From: Wolbachia endosymbiont of Onchocerca ochengi
Lineage (GTDB): Bacteria > Pseudomonadota > Alphaproteobacteria > Rickettsiales > Anaplasmataceae
Length of the DNA: 32,000 bases
Direction of reading: 5' to 3'
Assembly: GCF_000306885.1 (NCBI RefSeq)
Contig: NC_018267.1
Location: forward strand, 240,001-272,000
This document shows positions 19,221-29,745 of the stretch, piece after piece. The notes under the pieces were generated by a model. The model saw nothing but the letters and a program-made list of their open reading frames with translations. It had not been told where the DNA came from and made no database searches. The first letter of the stretch is position 1. Each line of letters opens with the position of its first letter. The position numbers were made by a program, and so were the translations under genes.

Positions 19221-22108
19221 GATACAGCGTAATCTTAATAGAAATATTTTTTTACTTCAAACCTCAGCTACCACTACTATTGCAGTATTTATTACAGCCA
19301 CATAGTTATAGAATTGAAGGTTATAGTCATCAGAAAGTTTCATGAAAAAGTCAGTAAAGAAAAGCAAAAAACCTCATACAGATGAGCATTAGTACTGAAA
19401 TTAGGAATAGTCTCCACTAAAAGTTTTGAACCCATAGAGAGCTCATTAGTAAACATTTTCATTCATCATTTTCATCAAGCTAAAAGCAGAAACAAGTTTT
19501 CAAACAAAGCAAAGCTTCTTGTAGATCACCAAACACTAAAATATTGCCATTTCCTTAAGTAACTTGATTTGTGCTAAGTTCACCACAATTACCCTCCTTT
19601 AGGACTAGACCTTTCACGCAAATCAAGAAATCAAAACATATCACACACCATAATTTCAGGTATAATAAAATCAATTTATTTTAAATATTCTGATAAAACT
19701 TTACTTATCAACTAATTAAAATTTATTTTACCACCTACACCTTCTAAAATTTCAATTCCTAAACGTTAATGAAGTAAATCTACATTTAAAGTTAGCAGCT
19801 GCTACTTTTTAAGTAAAACTGTATTGTTTACTTACAGCAAGCTAAAGTTGGCACACCATAAAAATAAGCTTCATAGAAAGCATCTATAATTTTTAAAAAA
19901 CTCCTCTGGTTTTCGAGTATCTTATACATACTTACAACAGTACCATCTCGTTTTAACCATGAAAAACTACTCCAAATTATTTACTAAGCTTAGGTACATA
20001 TAACCAGTACTGATACCTTGCACTAGTGTAGAAATTATATTCTTGTTATTGATGGAATTTAGTAACTTATTGCATAGTATCCTACTCAAAGTCACGTTTT
20101 ACACATATAAAGGCTGAGCCGAAGAAACATTCCTTGCTGCTGATGACGCAAAATTGTATTCACAATTTTTCCATTCCTCTTTAATTGTTTAAGCAAGACG
20201 TTTTCCTACTCTGCTAATTCTCAAATTAGTTTTCATCATTAAAGACAAGTGAAAAACATGTTTACTGTCTTCAGAAACTATACAAAAGTTCCCACACTAT
20301 TTCACAAATCATTATTTCCATTCTATTAAAAAATAGCACATACTCTCAAAACAATTAGCCATTTTTTTATAATCGTCTTCATAGAAACTTTTCGCAAAGC
20401 CTCTAATAAAATATTTTCTACATAACAAACATTTATATTAAGAATCAGTAAGATTAGATGCTCTTTTGTCTATAAGAGATACTGCAACGCTATCTATGCT
20501 ACTTTACAACCCTTACAACCCACCTTCATATAAACTCTAAAAAAGAAATCAACCCTTTCAAATAGGGCTTTATAAAATTTTAAAGAAGTCACATTTACAC
20601 TAAAACTTATTTAGCTACAATATTCTTAAATAAAAGCTAAAAAAGGTAAAGATTGTTAAGACTACCATCTAAATAGCTCTAACACTAGTATCTAGAAAAA
20701 AGAAACATAAACCCCGCATCACACGTTAAGATTACACCATTTGGTGTAAACTCACCTTTTACTACCCTTATGTTTATCTTTTCATGATACCTCACCTAGC
20801 TTATTTTGCGCTTCTTGAACAGATACTTTTTTTTAACTTATCACATTTCTTTATCTACTGATCAAATATACTAGACCATATAAGAAAAGCCATTATTAAA
20901 ATAACTCTACAGTATAAAGAATCACATTATAGCACCTTTGTGAGAGATAGAATCTGCTGTTTACCTACCTAGTATCAAGTATATTACAAAAAGTTAGCTT
21001 ATAATTACTACTATCAGATTTAACAACCTTTAGATATTTAGACACCAATCTCTATAAGAGTAACCACCTTTTTTAATATGGTTACATATGACCAATTCCA
21101 GCCAAGTATTACATCAATCTATTTTGGCAAAGTAGCTATTAGCAGCACTATTCAAGACAATATTTGCTATCATAGATAGATACTATCCAATAGTTTTTCC
21201 CTTTTTTTACAAAGTAAATTCCTTCTTTGCATTATAGCTTTTTTAAAGCTATCCATTATTATTTCGCTCATTGTCAGTACATCAGATATATTTTATGCAT
21301 ACTGATACTAATAGTCATCATATGCTGGAAGAAGAACTTCATTCTTATCCGATATAAATGATCTGTATCACTAACTTCTATTACAGAATAAAGTTACCTT
21401 CTTCTCTTATGATCTTCTATAGCACTAGATCATTTTTATCATAAAAATTAATAAATTTCAGCACTTCATATGCTAAATTATATGTAAAAATATATAACTT
21501 AATATAAAAATATAGATCATCTATTATATCTTTAAGCAAAGTTTCTATCACTTTATCTGATTCAAGTGTTTCGACAACACTATCCCTGTTTTCACTTTGA
21601 TAACCTCTTGTTTTATGATAAAGCCTCTTCTAATAAGTTTATTATTTTTATCACATATTTTCACCTTTAGAAGCGAGTTTCCTTTATATAATATAAAATT
21701 ACTTTGTTATCCCTCTTTTTGTAACCTTAAACCATTAATATTGTTCCCCCACTCAACCATACCAACGTATGAGTTAATAACACATATATTACCATTTTTC
21801 TTTAATCTGCAATACATAGTAGAAAGCTTAATCAGCTTCTTATAGAATAGGTTTTTATTATCTATTTTAAATATTATACTACTTCTACTAAAGCCTACTT
21901 CAGTAGTTTTGTTACCTTATGCAGCAGATAACTTTCTGATTATAGTTTAAAATCAGTAAAAGAAGTTATATTAGTGATAAAACTTCTTATCACACGTACC
22001 ATATCCACAGTAACATTTTCCTACTCTAAATTAAAGCATATTTCCATCTTCCCTCATAATCTATACCTTAGATGTAATTAATTTACAAACATTAATTATT
22101 TGTTGATA

Positions 22109-23340
22109 ATGACACACAAGTATAGTTACAAAATTGTTGATAATACTGCAACACTTAAAATGAACTATATTATTAATGCACATAATAGGTTTAACATTCC
22201 TATAGTCAGAGGAAAAGGAGTATACCTTTTTAATAGAGATGGTAAAAAATATTTAGACTTTCCTGCAGGTATTTCCACAACTTCCTTGGGACAATGCCAT
22301 CTATATATTATAAATAAGTTGAAGGAACAATTGGATTCATTGTAGCACTGCTCTAATATTTTCATTATCCCTCAACAGGAAAGGCTTGCTGAGCGTTTAA
22401 CAGTACTTACTTTTACAGATAAAGTTTTTTTTGCTCAAGCGTACTTGAGGTAACAGAGGCTACAATCAAACTTATTCGTCGTTATTTTTATTTAAAAGGT
22501 GAGGAAAAGCGTTATCGCATTATTACAATCGAAGGAGGTTTTCATGGACGTAGTATTGCTGCAATTTCTGCTGAGGAAGCAAGAAATTACGCGAAGGCTT
22601 CGCTCCGCTCCTTCCTGGTTTCGATAAAGTGCCAAGAAATGACATCAAAGAGCACTAGAGAAAAAGATCAGTAATGAGACAGCTGCTTTGTTTTTAGAAC
22701 CTATACAAAGCGAGGGGAAAGTGTATATTCTAGATGTAGAGTACCTTCAAAAGGTGAGAGAAATAACAAGAGCTCAAGGAATAATTTTGTGTTTTGATAA
22801 AGTGCAATATGGATATGGACGTATCGGTTCTTTATTTTATTATCAGAACATAGAAATTGAGCCTGACATGTTAACTTGTGCGAAAGCTATGGACAATGGA
22901 TTCCCTATAGCTGCATGTTTAATAAAAAGTTATGTAGCAGAAGCGATTACCCTAGGAACTCATAAGATCAACTTATGGCGGTAATCCTCTTGCTATTACT
23001 GTCGGTAACACAGTGCTTGATATAATGCTGAAAGAAAGCTTTTTTAATCATATTAGAAGAGTTAGTAAATATTTAAAAGAGAAATTGCTACTTTAGCTAA
23101 AGAATTTCCAAAGATAATCTCAGAAATTCGTGGAGAAGGTTTATTGATAGGAGTAGAGCTCAAAGTACCTTTTGCTGATAAAATTGTTAGCCGATCTCTT
23201 GACAAAGGTTTAATAATAACTAGAGTTATTAAATAATAGAGTGATAAGAATAACCCCCTCCACTTATTACTGAGGGTAAACATGTAGATGCAGCATGCGA
23301 TATACTCCATAGTTTATTTTTTGAGGTTAAAAATATGTAA
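22109..23340 (+). pseudogene. argD: Class III aminotransferase (acetylornithine/succinyl-DAP aminotransferase, ArgD-like) pseudogene
   Basis: The fragments align collinearly to ArgD. They include IPIVRGKGVYLFNRDGKKYLDFPAGISTTSLGQCH and LFLEPIQSEGKVY...ILCFDKVQYGYGRIGSLF...TCAKAMDNGFPIAA. They also include EIRGEGLLIGVEL and ...VIRITPPLIITEGKHVDAACDILHSLF. The fragments are split over three frames with multiple stops (first at ~22343). The conserved FDEVQTG motif is changed to FDKVQYG. Confidence 0.8.
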
Positions 23341-23447
23341 ATGTTTTAGGTATATAAAACCTAGCCATACAGAACTTCAAATTTGCAAATGCTTCTTATA
23401 GTAGACAAAATTAACTCTAGTTTTTATCACAGTAATATTACACTTTA

Positions 23448-24734
23448 ATGGGTCAGTTATTGATTTTAGTATTATCAATAATTTTTGTTTTGTTGATTTT
23501 ATCATTTTTATTTTCAGGAGCAGAAATAGGATTAACCTCTATTAGCCGCTCCCGAGTAAATAAATTAAAGCTAGACGGTAACAAAAAAGCCAAGGTAATC
23601 GACCATTTATTAAATAAAAAGGAATTAACAATAGGTACAATATTACTCGGCAACACAATTATTAACATTACCTGTTCCGCTTTACTTACAGCAATAGTCA
23701 TAAACTTTTTTGGGAACGAAGGCGTCTTTCTATTAACAATTACAATGACATTCTGCATCTTGCTATTCTGTGAGGTATTACCAAAAACTTACGCCATGCA
23801 AAACCCTGAGAAGTTTACATCATTTTCTGCTTATTTTGTACTGTTTTTTGTCAAGATCTTTTCTCCATTGACGTCAGGTATTCAGTTTATTGTTAATCTC
23901 ATTCTAAAATTATGTGGTCCTAACAAAGACAGGGAGGTAATATCTGCAGCAGATGCAATGCGTAATATTATTGTTCTTCATCGCAGTGAAGGAACCATGT
24001 TAAAACAGGACTTAGATATGCTAAACAGCATACTTGATTTAGCTGAGACAGAAATATCAGAAATCATGACCCACAGAAGAAACCTATTTTCTCTTGATAT
24101 AGATCGAAATAAGGAAGAATTAATAAGAGAAATTTTAACCAGCAGTCACAGTAGGGTACCATTATGGCAAAAAGAACCTGATAACATCATCGGAGTAGTT
24201 CACGTAAAAAACCTAATAAACGCTTTGCGTGAAAAAGATAATAGAACAGAAGAGGTTAACATTACTCAAGTTATGTCAAAACCTTGGTTTATACCAGAAA
24301 GTACGCCGCTTAGCGTGCAACTGCATAATTTCCGTAAAAACAGGAAACACCTTGCGTTTGTTGTTGACGAGTATGGAGCCCTACAAGGAATCGTAACTCT
24401 TGAGGATATACTAGAAGAAATAGTTGGAGAAATCTCTGATGAACATGATTTAATCACAGAGAATTTCATAAAGAAAATATCTGATAATATGTATCACATA
24501 GAAGGAAAATCTACTATTAGGAACATTAATAGGCAGTTACATTGGAATCTTCCTGATGAAGAGGCTACAACTTTGGCAGGCATGATTGTAAATGAAATAG
24601 AGCGTATTCCTGACGAAGGTGAAGAGTTTTCCATGTATGGTTTTTATTTTAAGATTTTAAAAAAAGATAAAAACACTATTACTGCTATTGAAGTACGAGC
24701 GAAAATTGATAATACTGTAACAGCAATTAATTAA
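23448..24734 (+). CDS. tlyC: DUF21/CBS-pair/CorC_HlyC membrane protein (hemolysin C / CorC family)
   Basis: 428 aa. Four N-terminal TM helices, then a CBS pair, then VVDEYGALQGIVTLEDILEEIVGEI and a C-terminal CorC_HlyC-like domain. Coordinates are taken from the ORF track. Confidence 0.85.
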   Translation: MGQLLILVLSIIFVLLILSFLFSGAEIGLTSISRSRVNKLKLDGNKKAKVIDHLLNKKELTIGTILLGNTIINITCSALLTAIVINFFGNEGVFLLTITMTFCILLFCEVLPKTYAMQNPEKFTSFSAYFVLFFVKIFSPLTSGIQFIVNLILKLCGPNKDREVISAADAMRNIIVLHRSEGTMLKQDLDMLNSILDLAETEISEIMTHRRNLFSLDIDRNKEELIREILTSSHSRVPLWQKEPDNIIGVVHVKNLINALREKDNRTEEVNITQVMSKPWFIPESTPLSVQLHNFRKNRKHLAFVVDEYGALQGIVTLEDILEEIVGEISDEHDLITENFIKKISDNMYHIEGKSTIRNINRQLHWNLPDEEATTLAGMIVNEIERIPDEGEEFSMYGFYFKILKKDKNTITAIEVRAKIDNTVTAIN

Positions 24735-24743
24735 TTTGGTTTT

Positions 24744-25000
24744 ATGAAAAGCACAGTAAAAATAATAGCTGATAAGCTAAAAAGCTACATAAAGAGAATC
24801 GAAAAACTTGAACAAGAAAAGAAAGACATATAAAACCACATCTGTGACATGTATGCAAAAGCTACAGATAAAGTTTGGGATACAAAAGTAATGAGACAGA
24901 TTGTTAGACTAAAAAAATGAATAATGATAATAGAGAAAAATAGGAAATATTGCTTGGTACTTATAAGCGTACATTAGAAATGAGTCACGAAGAAGATTAA
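24744..25000 (+). pseudogene. DUF2312 / UPF0335 (GapR-like nucleoid-associated protein) pseudogene
   Basis: Reads MKSTVKIIADKLKSYIKRIEKLEQEKKDI, then TAA at 24831, then NHICDMYAKATDKVWDTKVMRQIVRLKK. A frameshift in an A-run follows. The next frame reads MNNDNREK(TAG)EILLGTYKRTLEMSHEED and stops at 25000. It matches the family pattern L..YI.RIERLE.EK...... plus GFD.K.M..I..LRK. Confidence 0.7.
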
Positions 25001-25627
25001 ATGAATAACAGAATTGTAATTGGAATAAGTGGAGCATCTGGTTCTATTTATGGTGTACGTATTCTAGAGATATTAAAAAAGGTCAGTAAATCTCTTGAAC
25101 TTGCTACAACATATTCCAGCATCACGTACTCGAATAACACTAAATCAAGTTACGAAACTCATCTAGTAATAAGTAGTGCTGGAAAAATAACCATAAATCA
25201 TGAAGTTACAGAAAAACTTGAGGATATCATATCACTTGCAGATTTTTACTATTCTGAGGAAAAAATAGGAGAAAAGATAGCAAGTAGCTCATTTAAAACT
25301 TTAGGAATGATTATCGCTCCATGTTCTATAAAAACAATGTCTGAAATTGCATCAGGTATTACTTCCAACCTATTAACAAGAGCTGCAGATGTAACATTAA
25401 AAGAAAGAAGAAAATTAGTTCTTATGGTGCGAGAATCACCATTGCATCTTGGCCATTTACAAAACATGTTAAAACTAACAGAGATGGGAGCATTAATTGC
25501 TCCACCAGTGCCAGCTTTCTATATTAAGCCAAAATCTTTAGAAAATATTATCAATCACTCTATTGGCAAGGTATTAAATTTGTTTGATATTAAATTACCT
25601 AACCTCAAAGAATGGCAAGGAGTGTAG
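25001..25627 (+). CDS. ubiX: Flavin prenyltransferase UbiX
   Basis: 208 aa. Has GISGASGSIYGVRILE, IAPCSIKTMSEIASGI, LTRAADVTLKERRKLVLMVRESPLHLGHL and PPVPAFY. Confidence 0.88.
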   Translation: MNNRIVIGISGASGSIYGVRILEILKKVSKSLELATTYSSITYSNNTKSSYETHLVISSAGKITINHEVTEKLEDIISLADFYYSEEKIGEKIASSSFKTLGMIIAPCSIKTMSEIASGITSNLLTRAADVTLKERRKLVLMVRESPLHLGHLQNMLKLTEMGALIAPPVPAFYIKPKSLENIINHSIGKVLNLFDIKLPNLKEWQGV

Positions 25628-25630
25628 CAA

Positions 25631-26527
25631 ATGTCAATTATTATTGACGGTAAAAAAATAGCAAGTAATCTACATAAAAAGCTATCACGAAAAATTAATG
25701 TTTTAAAGAGAGAACACAACATTTTTCCTTGCCTTAAAGTAATCCTTGTGGGAAGCAATCCAGCAAGTCAGATCTATGTTCGCAATAAACAAAAAAAAGC
25801 AGAATCAATAGGTATAAGTTCTGAAACTATTGTTTTATCTGACAATATTTCAGAAGATAAATTAGTTACAAAGATTAATGAATTAAATACAGATCTATCT
25901 GTTCATGGCATTTTAGTACAATTGCCTTTACCAAGTCATATTAATACAAGCAGAGTAATTAACATAATAAATGTCGAAAAAGATGTAGATGGCTTTCATG
26001 ATGAAAATGTCGGCAGACTAGTTAAAGGTGAAAAAAATTGTCTTATACCTTGTACCCCTAAAGGTTGTTTATATTTGATTAAATCAATTGAAAAAAACCT
26101 TTCTAGTAAAAATGCTGTTGTGATTGGGAGATCAAATATTGTGGGTAAGCCAATGTTTCACCTATTGTTACAAGAAGACTGCACTGTTACCATCTTGCAC
26201 TCACAGAGTAGAAATTTAGCTAAATATTGCTCTAGGGCAGATATAATAGTCGCAGCAGTCGGAAAGCCAAGATTTGTTCAAAAAGACTGGATAAAAAAAA
26301 GCGCAATAGTAATTGACGTTGGCATAAATAGTGTAAACACAGAAGGGCAACCAAGCCTCATAGGTGACGTTGACTTTGATGGGATAAAAGAAAAAGCCAA
26401 AGCTATTACTCCAGTACCAGGAGGCGTTGGCCCAATGACTATCGCATTTTTGATGGTAAACACTATTATTGCTACTTGTTTGCAGAAGGGAATTGATGCT
26501 TCTAGCTTTATATGCCAAGACCTATAG
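25631..26527 (+). CDS. folD: Bifunctional methylenetetrahydrofolate dehydrogenase/cyclohydrolase
   Basis: 298 aa. Has [40 protein letters not shown] and [12 protein letters not shown]. Confidence 0.93.
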   Translation: MSIIIDGKKIASNLHKKLSRKINVLKREHNIFPCLKVILVGSNPASQIYVRNKQKKAESIGISSETIVLSDNISEDKLVTKINELNTDLSVHGILVQLPLPSHINTSRVINIINVEKDVDGFHDENVGRLVKGEKNCLIPCTPKGCLYLIKSIEKNLSSKNAVVIGRSNIVGKPMFHLLLQEDCTVTILHSQSRNLAKYCSRADIIVAAVGKPRFVQKDWIKKSAIVIDVGINSVNTEGQPSLIGDVDFDGIKEKAKAITPVPGGVGPMTIAFLMVNTIIATCLQKGIDASSFICQDL

Positions 26528-26550
26528 CTGCAGTAATATGATTAGTTAGG

Positions 26551-27190
26551 ATGATAAAATTGAAAATATGGTTAATAACAATCTTTCTTTTACTACATTC
26601 AAGTACAAACTTCTATTATGATTATAATTTTCATTTACCGCACCGTGGATCCAACCATAATCTATAATTTTATTATATAAATAATATAAGCAATATAAAA
26701 AAATTGCTGAGTAGCAATAACAAATTTGTTGTACTTACATTTGATAATAGACCTCCAACAACAGAATATGTGATACTACCAATGTTCTATCTATGAAGCA
26801 AAAGCAACACTTCTTCTTTTATGAACGTATAAATCTGAAATAGTAGAAAAATCCATAAAGCAAGTCATGAGCTGGGCAGCTATTCTTGGTCACATAGAAA
26901 ATTGATGTTATTCGCAAGTGAGAAATAATTCAAGTGTTTTAAAAGACAAACATGGCAATTAAAAAATATAATAGAGCAGAATAATATAAAATAGTTTTGT
27001 CCGCCATATGAATAACATGACAATAATTTAATTAAAAACACCGATTAATTGAGTATGTATTTGATATCATGAATAGTTAATTTCCTGAATTAACAAAAGC
27101 AATAAACCAAAGATATTAGCAAAAGAGTTATCAGAATGTACGTAATGGAGCAATGCAATTGCTCCATTATCACAACAATAAATCAAATAT
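26551..27190 (+). pseudogene. NodB-type polysaccharide deacetylase pseudogene
   Basis: A single reading frame from the ATG at 26551 starts with a signal-like MIKLKIWLITIFLLLHS. It then reads KFVVLTFDNRPP (TFDDG box), ASHELGSYSWSH (H-x-x-x-H box) and FCPPYE (RPPYG box). At least 6 in-frame stop codons lie between these motifs. The 3' limit is approximate. Confidence 0.65.
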
Positions 27191-28075
27191 AATCAAAGTT
27201 CAATCTTATATAGTCAGATATTAACAAGTCTAATTAGAACTTGTCACCTTAAGTAAGCGAGGGAAAAGGGCTTGTAGTGTAGTTAAAACTAAAAGTATAT
27301 CAAAAGAAATCATAGTTTATGATTCATTAAATTAGATAGTGTACAGATGTTAGAATGTGATATACCTAGATATAATATTACTTCCCCTGCTTATTTTTGA
27401 TTCTTAAAAAGATATAACCTAGAAAAATGAACTCCATTCATGTACCGGAATAACAACTTTCTACCCAATTCATTAATTATTTTAGTTATAAATGTTAAAA
27501 AGATTAACGAATGAAAAAAGTAAAAGAGAATAAGGTTGATACTCGTTTTAAAACGTTAGCATTTTTTTTATGTTTTAAATGTTTAATAACCGCAATTTAG
27601 CTGCATTTAAAGATACTTAAGAAATTTACTTTTCAAAAAAAAACAGCAAAAGAAACCCTGTGTAGATAGTTATTCTTTCTCTAAATCTTACAAATCGGCA
27701 TTGCTGCTTAAACACTTTATAAAACATGTTTTAGCTTATGTAGGTAAAAACCTATGGATCCGTAAAGATATAAGATTCACATAGTTCAAAAATAAAAACA
27801 TAGAATATTAACTACTTAATATTTTTGTCATTTTACCTCACAGATTGAAGATAACTAAACACCTTCAATTCTTCTTAAGAAGACTGTAAAAACTTGTTAA
27901 GTAACTTTTGCATCTCCTATGAGCTACTTAGCTTATAGTTGATGTACGTCAAATGACATCTTCGTACTTCATTGCTATAATATTCAATACACTATCTTTA
28001 TAAATCATATAGTTATGTATCGAAGTTTTTCGTTCTTTTGTATTCGTACCACAAAGCTATGTTTGAAGAGATTCT

Positions 28076-29650
28076 ATGCAAACAAAAAACAAAGTCTTTA
28101 ACCGCAGGGCATTTATACTAGGTGGTATCCAACTTACCATTTCTGCGATTTTCAGTTGCAGATTATATAATTTACAAATACAAAACAGAAAAAAATATGA
28201 AGCACTATCTAACAATAATAGGATACGAATCGCTACTATTGTACCTATGCGAGGCAGAATTTTAGATAGGAATGGCATTGAGCTTGCAGCAAACAAAATT
28301 TCTTATGTTGTTTCATTTAATGGGCAAAAGGCTTCTAACAAAGAAGTCGATTTGCAAACATTATCAGAAATTGAATCTAAGATAGCAAAGTCGTCACAAA
28401 TAAAAGTAACCGCTTTTTATAAACGTTATTATCCTTTCGGTTCAATATGCTCTCATACACTAGGGTATACAAAAAAACAGCAAGGCACGAGTGAGACAGG
28501 AGTAAGTGGTATTGAATATACATACGATAATATATTAAAAGGTGAGCCAGGAAAGTCTGAGCAGGAAGTCAATTCTAAAAACCGTGTCATGAGAGAATTG
28601 TTGAATATACCACAGCAGGACGGTCAAGATGTACAGTTGACAATTGACATTGATTTGCAAAAAAAAATTGCAGAAATATTTAAAGATTACAATGGCTCTG
28701 TAGTTGTAATCGACGTAAATAATGGAGAAATTTTAGCGTTATATAATTCACCCTCTTATGACAATAATCTCTTTACTAGCAAATTATCGAATGAAACTTT
28801 GGAAAGCCTAAATGCTCCTTCATTACCACTTATAAATCGTGCACTATCATACCAAATTCCACCTGGCTCAATATTTAAGATAATAGTTGCACTTGCAGGT
28901 TTAAAAGATGGAATAATTATCCCAGAAGAAAAATTTTCATGTAATGGTTATATGAAAATAGGTGAACGGAGATTCCGTTGCTTGCAAAGTAAAATTCATG
29001 GATGTGTGTCTTTGAATGAAGCAATGGTTCTCTCATGTAACACTTACTTTTATAATATAGGGAAAAAAATAAGTGTAGACTCTCTAGTAGAAATGGCCAG
29101 AAAATTTGGTATTGGTAGTGGTCCACTAATTGAAACATTTAAGGAAGAAGCTCCAGGATTGTTGCCTGATAGAGATTGGCGTTCACGAAAGCTATACTCA
29201 GAATGGTATTTAGGCGATACTATAAACTTAGTTATAGGACAAGGATATTTGCTCACAACACCACTGCAGCTTGCAGTCCTTGCAGCAAGAATTGCAACAG
29301 GGAAAAAGGTAATTCCCTACATTAAAACAAGTAAAACGATACGAGATTTTCCTAATATTAATATAGATTATGAGCATCTTAGAATAGTTCAAAAAGCTAT
29401 GTCTGATATGGTGAATTCTAAAATTGGAGTCTATAGAAGAAGGCTTGTACTTACAAGCAATATACAAATAGCCGGTAAAACTGGTACACCAGAAATAAAC
29501 TCCAAGGGTGAAAGTCACAAACTATTTATCGCTTATGGCCCTTATCATGACCCACGCTACGCAGTCTCTGTATTTACAGAATATGGTAAAGCTCCACGCC
29601 AGGATATTACTATAGCTAATGAGATATTACAACACATGTTTAAAAAGTGA
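28076..29650 (+). CDS. mrdA: Penicillin-binding protein 2 (elongasome transpeptidase)
   Basis: 524 aa. N-terminal TM anchor, RGRILDRNG, SxxK (PPGSIFK), SxN (LSCNTYF) and KTG (AGKTGTPE). Confidence 0.88.
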   Translation: MQTKNKVFNRRAFILGGIQLTISAIFSCRLYNLQIQNRKKYEALSNNNRIRIATIVPMRGRILDRNGIELAANKISYVVSFNGQKASNKEVDLQTLSEIESKIAKSSQIKVTAFYKRYYPFGSICSHTLGYTKKQQGTSETGVSGIEYTYDNILKGEPGKSEQEVNSKNRVMRELLNIPQQDGQDVQLTIDIDLQKKIAEIFKDYNGSVVVIDVNNGEILALYNSPSYDNNLFTSKLSNETLESLNAPSLPLINRALSYQIPPGSIFKIIVALAGLKDGIIIPEEKFSCNGYMKIGERRFRCLQSKIHGCVSLNEAMVLSCNTYFYNIGKKISVDSLVEMARKFGIGSGPLIETFKEEAPGLLPDRDWRSRKLYSEWYLGDTINLVIGQGYLLTTPLQLAVLAARIATGKKVIPYIKTSKTIRDFPNINIDYEHLRIVQKAMSDMVNSKIGVYRRRLVLTSNIQIAGKTGTPEINSKGESHKLFIAYGPYHDPRYAVSVFTEYGKAPRQDITIANEILQHMFKK

Positions 29651-29690
29651 TTTTTACAAAGATTAACTTATTTAACTTATCTATAAACCA

Positions 29691-29719
29691 TTGACAACTG
29701 TTTATAGCTTTGTTATCAT
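29691..29719 (+). promoter_or_regulatory. Near-consensus sigma70 promoter upstream of the WH2/WCA-motif gene
   Basis: TTGACA (29691-29696), then a 17-nt spacer, then TGtTATCAT (extended -10, hexamer at 29714-29719). It lies 27 nt upstream of the ATG at 29746. Motif match only. Confidence 0.45.
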
Positions 29720-29745
29720 TAGCATTGTGTTAATAGTGAGAGAAA

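Noticed and set aside
21597-21845. 82-aa ORF in the gene desert (MITSCFMIKPLLISLLFLSHIFTF...).
   Set aside because: It has a non-ATG start, and its Leu/Phe/Ile/Ser-rich composition is as expected from random AT-rich sequence. It has no RBS and no motifs.
27143-27169. 12-bp stem / 3-nt loop hairpin taatggagcaat-gca-attgctccatta.
   Set aside because: It lies inside the deacetylase pseudogene reading frame (..VMEQCNCSII..). It is not followed by a T-run and not at the end of an intact gene. It is probably coincidental or a relic.
29681-29708. Possible mrdA terminator hairpin ctataaac-(11 nt)-gtttatag.
   Set aside because: The stem is only 8 bp and AT-rich, the loop is large, and the T-tract is poor. 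The same bases contain the much better TTGACA promoter element for the next gene.
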